Assembly (NCBI GenBank): GCA_010015585.1
Contig: ML975149.1
From: Eremomyces bilateralis CBS 781.70
Taxonomy: Eukaryota
Strand: one strand, 5' to 3'
DNA length: 64,000 nt
Below are positions 1 through 10,896 of this stretch, piece after piece. Position 1 is the stretch's first letter. Each line of letters begins with the position of its first letter. Below the pieces are notes generated by a model. That model did no database searches. It saw only the letters and a program-made list of their open reading frames with translations, and was not told the origin of the DNA. The position numbers were made by a program, and so were the translations under genes.

Positions 1-19
1 TTCTATACGTCGTCCAAGA

Positions 20-139
20 TTCAACCATCCATCCACCGTTGATTCCATTCAACCGTTGATCCACCGTTGATTGGCCCCTGCAAGTTCCGCTACTGCGCTG
101 CAGCTGCACTCTGCCTTGTTATCTCAGTTGGGAGTTGTA
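20..139. repeat. Short direct repeats (CCGTTGAT x3) followed by a possible DNA-transposon end at a TA
   Basis: CCACCGTTGAT/CAACCGTTGAT copies between 33 and 71; the segment ends ...CAGTTGGGAGTTG|TA (TA 138-139), then AT-rich DNA. No partner end in the window. Confidence 0.3.
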
Positions 140-705
140 CTATTTGGTATGTTGCTCATCAGTACAACTTTTATAAACCACAGTGCATCCAGCATGAACG
201 CATGGCTCGTAGTATAGACAATAATGAAAAATCATAGTCCCATAACTCGATGTTAATATATATAGATGGCTCCGAAATGTTGTTCTACTGATGATAGTCA
301 ATGCAATTCGTCTGATTGGGATTCCAAGTTTCGACATCCATTGATCCCCGTCCGAGGCATGACGTCACGCGGATGCCATCAGCAATCGTCATATTTGCAA
401 CCAGCTTGCAATTCGCATCCCTTTTCTTCCGGAACGATAAATAAAGTTACTTCTTTAATCAATAAGTCAGATTATTCAACACGATCATTCAGCATTCACT
501 GGTTCCCGACAATTTGCCCTAGTCCCATCTCAATTGCCCCGATAGATCACCGCAGCATCCCAACAGTGGCGTGGGTGAAGACCAATCCGTCAAGACCCCG
601 CACACAAGAGTCCTTTGTTCTTAAGGTATCTTCATCTCGTTCTGGCTTCTCTCAATCATCGGAGACACCATTGAATGGTTGCCAATCCATCGAAACCTTT
701 TCACT

Positions 706-1344
706 ATGTCCTCATCTCGATTCGTCGCCCGCTCGTTGCGGCCAGTCGCGGCGGCTCGAAGCAATATCTTACCATCAGTCACGATGCGAGGGATGGCATC
801 AAAGGAAGACCGGCTGAGTAAGTTACCCAATCGATCCCAGTCTGCTCCTGCTCTGCCGCTACTTTCCCATCCATCAATGTTACCATGGCACTGTCCTCCT
901 ATTAAACATCAATCCCAACCCCCAACAACCGGATCCGATTCTCCCTCACCGATTCCCTGCAGCTCGACAATGGCATGGAGATGGCGGAAGAATGTGTCTT
1001 GTACAAAGGCTAACATGATCGACATCGTAGACCAAGACCCCGCCGCGGTATCCGCCGAAATCCAATCGCATCAGGAAGAGCAGGTGAAGAAGCGGAAGCA
1101 TGGGGCCGGCCATTGGGAGGAGCAGCTGGCGAGCCAGAGCGAGAGCATCGTACGTGAGACCTTTGGGTGACTGGTGTCCTATGGCGCCTCATTTGCACGG
1201 TTAAAAGCGACCACTGGAATCAGTATGAAAACTAACGTCAACATCGGGGTACAGGTTAAAGCCGACCGCAACGAATCGGGAAAGTCGACGGAAGAGACGA
1301 TTAAGCAGCTCAAGGAGGAGGCGAAGAAGATCGGGCGGAAATAG
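706..1344 (+). CDS. Small fungal protein with a mitochondrial-type presequence (3 exons)
   Basis: ATG 706; Arg/Ser/Ala-rich, acid-free N-terminus MSSSRFVARSLRPVAAARS; GT-AG introns 818-1030 and 1150-1254 with CTAAC branch sites give an open frame (GHWEEQLASQSESIVKADR) to TAG 1342-1344. Confidence 0.75.
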
Positions 1345-1716
1345 AGTACGCGTTGAACGTGCTCTGGTCCCTCGGTTGTGGAGCTACCACATGATTGCAT
1401 CATGCGAGGAAGGAGAAAATTGACGGCCCGGATTGGAGATGAGACATGTAGTGGTTCCTCACCGGCACTCAGGGGACACTTCAGTTAGGGGAATAATGAG
1501 TAGCGTGTATACTTGCATTGTTCAATCGAATTCATTCAAAATTGCGTCCATGGACAGTCTCAATAGGGTGATCATTATAGTTCAATAGGGGAAGCTAACA
1601 ATCTAAACCGGAATAATAGGAAACAATAGGTAACGCTGGGCGGTTTTTCTCCAGACCAAACCCCTCCATCAGCTCAATCGTTTCCAACCTGCGGCCCCCT
1701 TTCCCAGAACCACCGC

Positions 1717-3171
1717 CTACCGACCATCTAACGTCGCCACAACGACCTTCATCCCCGCCGGTCTCCGGAAATGCGCCTTCAACGGCACCCAACTCTCCCG
1801 ATTATACCCCTCTTGCACCTTTGCGCACTTCTTCAACCCCCACTCCGTCACCCCCACCATCAAACAGCTCTCAAACATAAACGCCATGCTCCCTTCCCCC
1901 ACCTTCCCCGGCCGCAACTCCACCTCACTCGCTTTCGCATGCGTCGCCGCATCCGGCCCATGCGCGCTCATCACGTTATGCAGGCTCGCGCCGGCCGGCT
2001 GGAACCCGCCGCGCCCAGGCTCCTTGGCGTCGTAGGCGCCGTCGATCAGCCCCATGAACTCGGACATGCAGTTGCGGTGGTACCAGGGGGGTTTGAAGGT
2101 GTCCTCCTGTACGAGCCAGCGGGGCGGGAAGATGACGAAGTCGGCGACGGCGGTGCCCGGGCGGTCGGAGGGGGCGGTCAGCACGGTGTAGATGGAGGGG
2201 TCAGGGTGGTCGTAGGTGACGGAGCCGATGGCGTTGAAGCGGCCGAGGTCGTATTTGTAGGGATAGTAGTTGCCGTGCCAGGCGACGACGTCGAAGGGGG
2301 TGTGGTGTTGGGTAGCGGAGAAGAGGTGCCCGGCGAATTTGGCGGAGAGCGTGTAGGTGGACGCAGTGTCTTCGGTGAAGGCGGCGACAGGGGCTTGGAA
2401 ATCGCGGGTATTGGCAAGCCCGTTGGAACCGATGGGGCCGAGCTCGGGGAGGGTGAAGTGATGTTGGTAGAGTTCGAGGATGTAGCCGCGGACGGGGCCT
2501 TCGGGGAGGGTCACCCGATAGCGAACGCCGCGCGGGATGACGCAGATTTCGTTAGGCCGGACGAGGAGGGGGCCGAACTCGGTTTGAATATCGAGGACTC
2601 CGTGCTGCGGGACGATAAGGAAGTCACCATCGGCGGAATAGAACGCCTCGTGGGCGTCCATGTCCTTCCCCGCGGCGAAGATCATGATCCCGAGTCCAGA
2701 TTTCATCGCCGAATCGCCCGCACCGGCGACGAGGTGCAAGGAATGCACCCAATCCACCGACTCGTCGAGATCGAACGGGTCCCAACGAAGCTGGTTCGGG
2801 ATCTGGTGGAAGGTGCCCGATGGCTTGTTCTCAGGGTTGAGGTTGTATCCAGGCGAATCCCGGGACTGGAATGCCTCGTGGGCGGAACTAGGGAGGATCC
2901 TGTACAGCCATGACTGTTGATTCTCGTGACGTGGGGCCGTGAAGGCTGTACCGGACAGCTTCTCGGCGTAAAGACCGTATGGGGGTTTCTGAGGGGAATT
3001 GGCGCCTATAGGAAGGGCACCTTCGATGGCCTCAGTTCTGTATCAGAGTCAATGCCATTCGATAGCGGCGGTGTTTCCGGCCGCAGCGGAACGGATGCCA
3101 TACTCATGGTAACAATTGAATCCATTCTGGTATAGATATTTTTCGGGGACCGCGAACTTTGTGGAAGGCAT
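1717..3171 (-). CDS. hmgA: Homogentisate 1,2-dioxygenase
   Basis: ATG 3171 ([23 protein letters not shown]), intron 3038-3103, then [51 protein letters not shown] and SMAFMFES motifs of HGD. Confidence 0.97.
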
Positions 3172-3948
3172 CGTGCTCCTCGTTATAGTCAGGGTTAAAG
3201 AATTCTGTAAGGTTTCGTTCGGTTAACGGTGCTGTATAATAGTCTGTAATGAGGCCAATGCCTCCTGGGTTGCCACTCTTCAATTTCCAGGTTAGAGGCA
3301 ACTTGAGGTTCTTAAATCGTCGCCAGGGCGACTTCCTCAGCGAAGGCATGGACGAGGGGGGTGGTTTAATATCGTCAGCAGGCTGGAAGCCAGCATCGCG
3401 CCGGACAGGGCGGAGCATTTCCATGGCGTCAAGGTGCGGAGTTACACCTGTAAGTGAATCCTAGTCGTGAATAGGTAACTATATGACGATCGTTACTAAT
3501 ACGGAGTACGAACGGTAGGGATGAAATGACAAGGAAATGGATGCAAGGAGTTGCATAAAGTTGCACTGGAGTGACTGGGGTGTTTTAGGGAGGAGAGAAT
3601 CAGCTTTGCGCTCTTGCCCTTTTGCCCCTTTGTTCTGTCGGGTATCCCAGCTTGGTTTGGTGGGGCAGGTATACCGCGGAATGCGGAGGTTATTCACGGC
3701 GAGCGGAGAGATTCCGCATTTGATATTCCAACCCCGCAGTCTCAACCCCCACAGCTCTCCATCGGCATATGCTATTCAATTGATCGGTATTCGCTTGGAT
3801 TGAATAGATTCAATGCTCATTGGAACCATTAGACTGTCATAGTGCCGTCGACCTGCAAGGGTAAAGCCATATGTGAATGGAAATTCCAGCTGGGCTTCGT
3901 GCTGTACTCCCTACATCCCCCTGAAAAGGCTGAGATACCTGTACCACC
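3172..3948. promoter_or_regulatory. Divergent hmgA-fahA promoter with CGG/CCG triplets and a CreA-type site
   Basis: Head-to-head genes; CCGCGGAATGCGG and GCGGAGAGATTCCG at about 3674-3716; CCCCGC 3732-3737 (GCGGGG fits SYGGRG). Confidence 0.5.
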
Positions 3949-5303
3949 ATGGCCTCGATACGCTCCTGGTTGAGCATCCGAACAGGCTCTCCTTTCTCAA
4001 TCGCCAATATCCCATTCGGCATCATCTCGACGAAAGCTTCAGCGACTCCTCGCCCAGCCGTAGCCATCGGAGACTGGGCACTGGACCTGGCTGAGTTCAG
4101 TGCTAACAATGGCTTCTCCGGCTTATCCACCATCCAACCTCATCAAGCTGTCTTCTCCGAGGCGACCTTGAATGCATTTGCAGCGCTTGGCCGGCCAGTG
4201 CATGCTGCAGTCCGAAAGTACCTCCAGTCCGTCTTTCTCCTCGACACTCCTTTCCCGGATGTCTTGAAGAACAACAAGTCCCTCCAAAACTCTGCGTTGC
4301 TTGCTTTGAAAGACGTTCAGATGCATGTGCCGTTTGATATTGGAGACTACACGGATTTCTATGCTGGATTGAACCATGCGTATAACGTGGGAGTTCTCTT
4401 CAGAGGCCCAAGCAATGCCCTACAACCGAACTACAAGCATCTTCCCGTTGGCTACCATGGACGTGCATCATCCATCGTCGTCTCAGGCACCCCTATCAGA
4501 CGACCACGCGGTCAGATTCTCGAGAACCCAGCTGCCGAGAAGAAGGTTCCCATCTATTCTGCCTGCCGAAAACTGGATATTGAACTCGAACTGGCTGCGT
4601 TCGTTTGCAAATCAAACCCGCTCGGCGCACCGGTCCCGATCGACGAAGCCGAGGACGCCATCTTTGGAGTCGTGTTGATGAACGACTGGTCTGCGCGAGA
4701 TATCCAAGCATGGGAATACGTCCCGCTGGGTCCGTTCGGCGCAAAGAATTTCGGCACATCCATTAGTCCCTGGGTCGTACTTGCGGATGCATTGATGCCG
4801 TTCATGGCCAAAGGGCTTGAGAACGAGAACGAGCTGCTGCCGTACTTGAAGCAAAGGAGCGAAAAGAATATGTACGATATCAACCTGAAGGTTGAGCTGG
4901 CCAGTAAGCTTCTTTCGTCAGGACCCCAGATTCAACGACAGATTGCTCACCATTGACAGCATCGGCGGGAAACACAACGACTCTTAGCGAGACATCTTCG
5001 AGAAACCTGTTGTTCTCCTTCCCACAGATGCTTGCGCACCATTCCGTGACCGGATGCAACATGCAAGTTGGAGACCTGCTGGGGTCCGGAACGATCAGTG
5101 GGCTGGAGGCACATCAGCGTGGCTCGATGCTCGAGCAAAACGAGAATGGAAAGACGGCGATCAAGCTTTCTGGTGGTGAGGAGCGAAAGTTCCTGGAGGA
5201 TGGAGACACAGTGGTTATATCAGGTGCTTGTGGGTCGGATCCTAATGCTCTGGTAGGGTTCGGGGAGTGTAGTGGCACTATTTTGCCTGCGTTAAAGTCG
5301 TGA
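3949..5303 (+). CDS. fahA: Fumarylacetoacetase
   Basis: FSIANIPFG, IGDYTDFY, HLPVGYHGRASS, LDIELE, LMNDWSARDIQAWEYVPLGPF, GDLLGSGTISG; intron 4904-4959. Confidence 0.97.
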
Positions 5304-5893
5304 TGTCGGTTCTGGGATATGGTCAATTCACTGGCAGTAACTAGTGATAATGTAAGACCTTGTCAGTAGTTATGTTAACATCAGTAAACTTTAGTGACCC
5401 CAGATTTCCTCTGCGAGTAACAAATCCTAGCTTAGCATATCTGGCAGTCCATGCAACCTCAATCAAAATTCTCTGTAGGTTCCATCGTTGGAGGCCTAAT
5501 GACCGCAACAAATCCGCGGGCGGAACAGTGATGGAAATGATTCCGCAACCCCGCCTTTGGGGTTTTCAGGGGCTACCCCATTTGGAAATGATTGATGCAG
5601 ACTTGAACCATCGAAGGGCACGGCAGATGTATTCAACGCTCATCCTGATCACATAGGTACATAGAGACGTGGTCTTACGGTTTGAGTCCTGTAGTGATTC
5701 GTGCGACTACGATTGCCGTGTGGACGAATTCCGCGGTGCTCCATGTGATATTACCCGACCCGGAAATACGCCCTTAACGTCCTCGTATAAGTGTTTGGCC
5801 CGGGTGCGTAATGATAATTGATATTTATCAAGCCTTTGGGCCCAGTCCGGTGACATTCTTCTTCCACGTACCTTGAATGATCGAGTGGACACG

Positions 5894-7575
5894 ATGCAGC
5901 AATCAATTGTCTATAGCCTCATGTCGAACGAAGCCATTGGCTTGGTGGTCGTGTCTGCGTTGTACATCGTGTATAAAATCCTCAATCAAACAGACACCCC
6001 CAAGATAAAGGGCATACCAGAGATCCCCGGATGGCCACTATTTGGAAACCTGCTGGAACTCGGGAATGAGCATGCGAAGGTCGCTCGAGGATGGGCTAAG
6101 AAATATGGGCCCGTATTCCAAGTTCGTATGGGGAATAAAGTGAGTCTTTCCATATACAAAAGGAGAAAGTGTCCTGACATGGTTCCAGAGGATAGTGTTC
6201 GCGAATACATTCGACTCCGTCAGGCATTTTTGGATCACCAATCAGTCGGCCTTGATCTCCAGACCTACTTTACACACCTTTCACAAGGTGGTGTCGAGCA
6301 CCCAAGGATTCACAATCGGCACCAGCCCTTGGGATGAGTCGTGCAAGAAACGGCGAAAGGCCGCAGCGACGGCGTTGAACCGTCCCGCAGTCCAGTCATA
6401 CATGCCTATCATCGATCTCGAGTCCATGGCCAGCATCAAGGAGATGTTGCAGGACAGCCAAAACGGGGTCGTGGACATCGATCCCAACCCGTATTTCCAG
6501 AAATATGCGCTGAACACGTCACTGACGCTGAACTATGGTTTCCGGATCACGGGAAACATCGACGATGAGCTGCTGAAAGAGATCGTGCACATCGAGCGGG
6601 AGGTGTCGAACTTCCGTAGTACGAGCAATAACTGGCAAGATTATATCCCGTTGCTTCGTCTTTGGCCAAATACAGACACGGCGGCCAGGGAAACTCGCCA
6701 TCGCCGAGACGTGTACATGGAGAAGCTGCTCAACATGCTAGAGGAGCGGATTGCTAATGGCACAGACAAGCCATGCATCACTGGTAACATCTTGAAAGAT
6801 CCGGAAGCGAAACTAAACAGAGGTAAGCAGCTCACCCTACCAGTTCTCCCTTACCATTTGTTGACACGCATTAGCCGAAATCAAATCAATCTGCTTGACC
6901 ATGGTATCCGCCGGCCTAGACACCGTCCCCGGCAACCTCATCATGGGCCTCGCCTACCTCTCCTCCCCCGCCGGCCAACGCATCCAAGCCCGCGCTCACG
7001 CCGAGATCCGCTCCGTCTACCCCGCCGGCGACGCCTGGACACGCTGCCTCGCCGAAGAGAAGCTCCCCTATGTGTCCGCGCTGGTCAAGGAGATCCTCCG
7101 CTACTGGATCGTTATCCCCATCTGCCTGCCGCGGGTCTCCGTCAAAGACATCGCGTACAACGGCGCCGTCATCCCCACCGGCACGACGTTCTACATGAAC
7201 GCGTATGCGGCGGACTATGACGACGCGCATTTCAAGGACCCCGACACGTTTGAGCCGGAGAGGTTTCTGGATTCGTCGATGGATGGGTCGGGGACGCCGC
7301 ATTATGCGTATGGAGCTGGGAGCAGGATGTGTGCCGGAAGTCATCTGGCGAACCGCGAGCTGTTCACGGCGTTTGTGAGACTCATTGAGGCGTTTGAGTT
7401 CCGGTGGCCGGAGAAGGAGGACGATCGGCCGCTGTTGGATGCGTTAAAGGCGAATGCATTGCCGACGAGCTTGACGATGGAGCCGAGGCCATTTAAACTG
7501 GGGTTGAAGGTACGAGATCCGGAGGCGTTGGAAGGGTGGTTGAGTGAGAGCGAGGAGTGGACGAAGCATTTGTAG
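5894..7575 (+). CDS. phacA: Cytochrome P450, CYP504 family (phenylacetate 2-hydroxylase-like)
   Basis: N-terminal TM anchor; VVSSTQGFTIGTSPWDESCKKRRKAAATALNRPAVQSY typical of CYP504; AGLDT, KEILR, PERF, heme motif YGAGSRMCAG; introns 6140-6188 and 6823-6874. PhacA versus PhacB needs a phylogeny. Confidence 0.88.
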
Positions 7576-7679
7576 GGGTGAATTTGTCAGAGATCAGGCT
7601 TTCAGGATATCTCTATTTTTTGGGATCCGCCGGTCTCTCTACCGAGCCCCCATTTCGTAGCCGTACTTAGGTGGTCTAG

Positions 7680-7721
7680 CCCCCATGGTTCCCCCATGGT
7701 TCCCCCGTGGTTCCCGCGTGG
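7680..7721. repeat. 11-bp minisatellite (CCCCCATGGTT, ~3.7 copies)
   Basis: CCCCCATGGTT CCCCCATGGTT CCCCCGTGGTT CCCGCGTGG seen directly. Confidence 0.8.
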
Positions 7722-8529
7722 AGGAGCATACCATACCCCACGATATCACCAACGCGTCTTTCTTTGCTTCTTCGCTCGTTTTGAGGAAACCAAGGTTCCC
7801 ACGACCATCAATTGTATACAGAACATATAAGATGAGCGTATTCCTGTAGTTTGTACGCTCATTAAGGATCAAGATCAATCAACACTTTCAATTCTTGGTA
7901 ATCAAGTGCTCTCCTGCTGAAGTCGCATCTCCAGATCGCCTGATCAAGGGAACAGCTATCTTCTGTTAGAATTGGTTACGCCTGTATTTTAGGAGGTATT
8001 TTAAGGCATTTTGGGGACAAATCTCGAAATGCTAGGGACAAATCTCACCAGCCACAATGGTCCGAGCCATCGCGGGAAGGACTCGAATAACTTCATAAGC
8101 ATATCCTGTCTCTGGGATATCCATAGTCCTTCATCTGACGCTCAACCTCTCCAACCCCCTTCCTCCTTCCTCTGCGCAACTCAAAAAGAGGATTTTAAGC
8201 ATCGACTTGTACAATTCTTTCGGCGTAGAAATCCTCCATATCTCCAAAATGATAATTCAATACTATTTTTGGGGTGCAGGAAGCGTACACTCCTCTTGTA
8301 CCGTGAGTCATATTCCGTACTTGAACCAGTTCTGTCGGGTCGTTTTTCTATCCTATCTGTTGCAAGTTCAATGCATGAAGTAAAAATGTGCGAAATATTG
8401 ATCCCCTATCTAGAATACTACGTGACTGCGGAGTGACGTTGTATGCTACTGAAATTGCCTCCAAAAACGGAGGTTTCTTATAAGGACTAAATCCCTACCA
8501 CGGTAGCGAGAGTGGAATGTTCGCAAGAA

Positions 8530-8900
8530 CATCAGCCGACCTGTTAGTACTGGAAGCTGTGCTCCGGAGGTGGCCTTACATTAGTACATGAGAGTCGGTG
8601 AGGGCTTGTGTTCGTCTACAGCAACATAGCCTCGCGACAGTCGTTCGGGGAAATCATTAATTAATCTCCACGAGCAAATTCAGCGGGTCAAGCACTCAGA
8701 CTATAGAGTCCTAATGGTCCTGGTTGGAAATCATTGCTCCAGGAAAGCAGAACAGGAAGTCATTTTTGATGAAGGCTTCGAACTTGCCCAAGCGCTCGGG
8801 TACTGCAAATTGCTGGAAGCAGACAAAGATTCATAATTTAACGCTAAAAAGCCTTTCTCGACCATGTTCGAGAGACCAAGCGGCATTATTATCGTGATCA
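8530..8900 (+). pseudogene. Ras-family GTPase pseudogene fragment
   Basis: Piecewise translation: *YMRVGEG / VFVYSNIASRQSFGEII / LHEQIQRVKHSDYRVLMVLVGNHC / EVIFDEGFELAQALG / KAFLDHVRETKR, colinear with Ras [50 protein letters not shown]; stops and frameshifts present. Confidence 0.8.
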
Positions 8901-9103
8901 TGTCCATCTGCAAGTCTTCCTTCGCCAAAAGGAGACGAAGCGAGTTCAGGATTGGGGAGTTTAAATTTGGCCCTCGTTCGGCGACGAAGGCTTCCGCGGA
9001 GACACTGCTGAAAGAGAACGTCTAGAAATGGTCTTTGCGGACTAAACCATATAAACGCTACGGGGACAGCGAAAGCGAATGCTTTAAGCAGCTTGTAGCC
9101 CTC

Positions 9104-10896
9104 TCAGGCCTTCAGTGCCGTACTATTGCAAACGCCCTGGTCTGTGACTGATGGCGATTCAAAAGTGATTGCATCAGAGTCCCTCCCTCCAATCACTATG
9201 ACAGATTCGGCTAACACAACGTTAACCGCTGCATTTAAATAGGTATCAAAGGAGTGACTCACTCTGAAGATCGTATTGCGGCCAACCTAGCTTCGACAAG
9301 CCGCGAACCGGGTCCTTCGCGAATCCCGTCCACGCCGCTCGAATCTTTTTGATCAGCTTCGTCTCGTTCTCCGTGTCTGGACCATTATCCCCCAACCCAG
9401 TATTCCCGAAGATGAGCGCAATCTCTGCTCCATGCCACGCGCCAGAAACGTTGGCAAAAGCGGGCCCGAGACTCTGATTCGGGAACTCGCCAGCGTATAG
9501 ATATCGCCAGGCTGGAACGCCAGCGGCGCGCCGTGCTCGAGCAGCCGCAGATGAAGGGCAGTTCCGAAGAAGGCTGACCAGACTTCCGGGCTGGGTTCCG
9601 GAGGAGGCACCTTCGTTGTTGACGTTGCCAACAAGCATGGGCTGCATCACGTTAGCGAACCTCACGCGGAAAGGAGAAATTACTTGCCCGTTTGACAAAC
9701 TCTCCACGAGCAGCACGAGCAGCGAGCCCGGACGGAATGGTCTTCTCATCAGCCTTAGGACCCCACGTACCAACTGCGTCACCCGATTCCCTCGGAGCAG
9801 TGGCATCAAGGATGGCACTCGCAGGTGCATCGCGCATACACTTGAGAGTCTTCGTCGCATCTGACTCTGATGCAACTGTACCACAGCCGAGTGTATTCGA
9901 GAGACCTGACCACGAGACCACCGTTGCGTTGGAGGGCGGCGATGCTGGGATCCCTGACGCCGAGCCACTCTGAGAGATGAAGCCCGAGACGATCGGATCG
10001 CGTCGATACGCGTAGCTGTAGAAGTCTACACTCAACCCACCTGCCGACTGGCCGAATATGACCATTCTTCTGGGATCGCCACCGAATCTTGCTATGCTAC
10101 ACTTGTGTCAGGCGCTGTTGCGAAACATGTGGCAGGGACTTACTTGTCTCGGAGCCATTCTATGGCAACACGCTGGTCGAGAAGGCCGAAGTTTCTTTCC
10201 GGCAAAGGAACGCCAGAGAATCCGAGAACACCAAGACGATAGCTGTGATGGTTTAGCATGGGCCAGTCATGAGCCGCTGAGTCTTACTTGATAGTCACCA
10301 GAATCACGTCCTCTTCGTCCGCAAGCGATGCCCCATTATAGACGGCATTAGCTCCGCTGCCGACGACAAAGCCACCTCCGTAGATCCAGATCATGACTGC
10401 CTTCTTTCTGTCGCCGATCTGTGGCTTGGTCCAGATGTTGAGATATAAACAGTCCTCTCTTTGCTCATTCTCCGATTGACCGATATTCTGAGGGGAATCC
10501 GGGTTGCTATTCGCCAGTCGAGAGGCGGATTCAGCGCAAGAGCTCTAAGAATCAGTCTCCAGCTATATTGTTGGACTCATTGGGAACTTACTAGCCCTGA
10601 AGATGATGTTAGCGATATCGTACGTCAGGCAGTCGGACCATCCTCACATATTGAGTCGCATTTATGACTTTCCCGTCGTGCCTGATCGTCTGAGGCGGTG
10701 CCCATCTCAAGTCACCAACAGGAGGTTTTGCGAACGGAATGCCCAGGTATTCGGATACAGCGCTCCGCTTGGAAGATGCCTGGCCCACAACGAGTCCACT
10801 CGTGGTCAATACAGGTTGTCCAACTCTCCATGTCAGAGTCCCTACAACTTCACCAACAAGAACAATGGAGGACAAGAGTAAAGTAAAGAAATGCAT
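9104..10896 (-). CDS. Secreted type-B carboxylesterase/lipase (multi-exon)
   Basis: Signal peptide [60 protein letters not shown] nucleophile elbow, GAWHGAEI; last exon ends TGA 9104-9106. The model needs a 5-nt microexon and a GC-AG intron. Confidence 0.88.

Noticed and set aside
1771..2913. 380-aa + strand ORF antisense to hmgA (likewise 53851-54738, 21913-22716, 61619-62344, 49820-50524)
   Set aside because: Shadow ORFs: high GC3 and skew remove stops opposite well-supported genes; no recognisable domains.
3104..3424. 106-aa ORF overlapping the hmgA start as a possible uORF
   Set aside because: No protein features; a TATA-like element near 3235-3243 suggests transcription starts downstream of its ATG.
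5295..5345. Readthrough PTS1 on fahA
   Set aside because: Stop context is TGA TGT, not TGA CTA, and no SKL-like end was seen in the immediate extension.
9104..10896. Carboxylesterase as a member of the phenylacetate cluster
   Set aside because: Secreted, separated by relic DNA, and the shared promoter motif series was not seen; proximity only.
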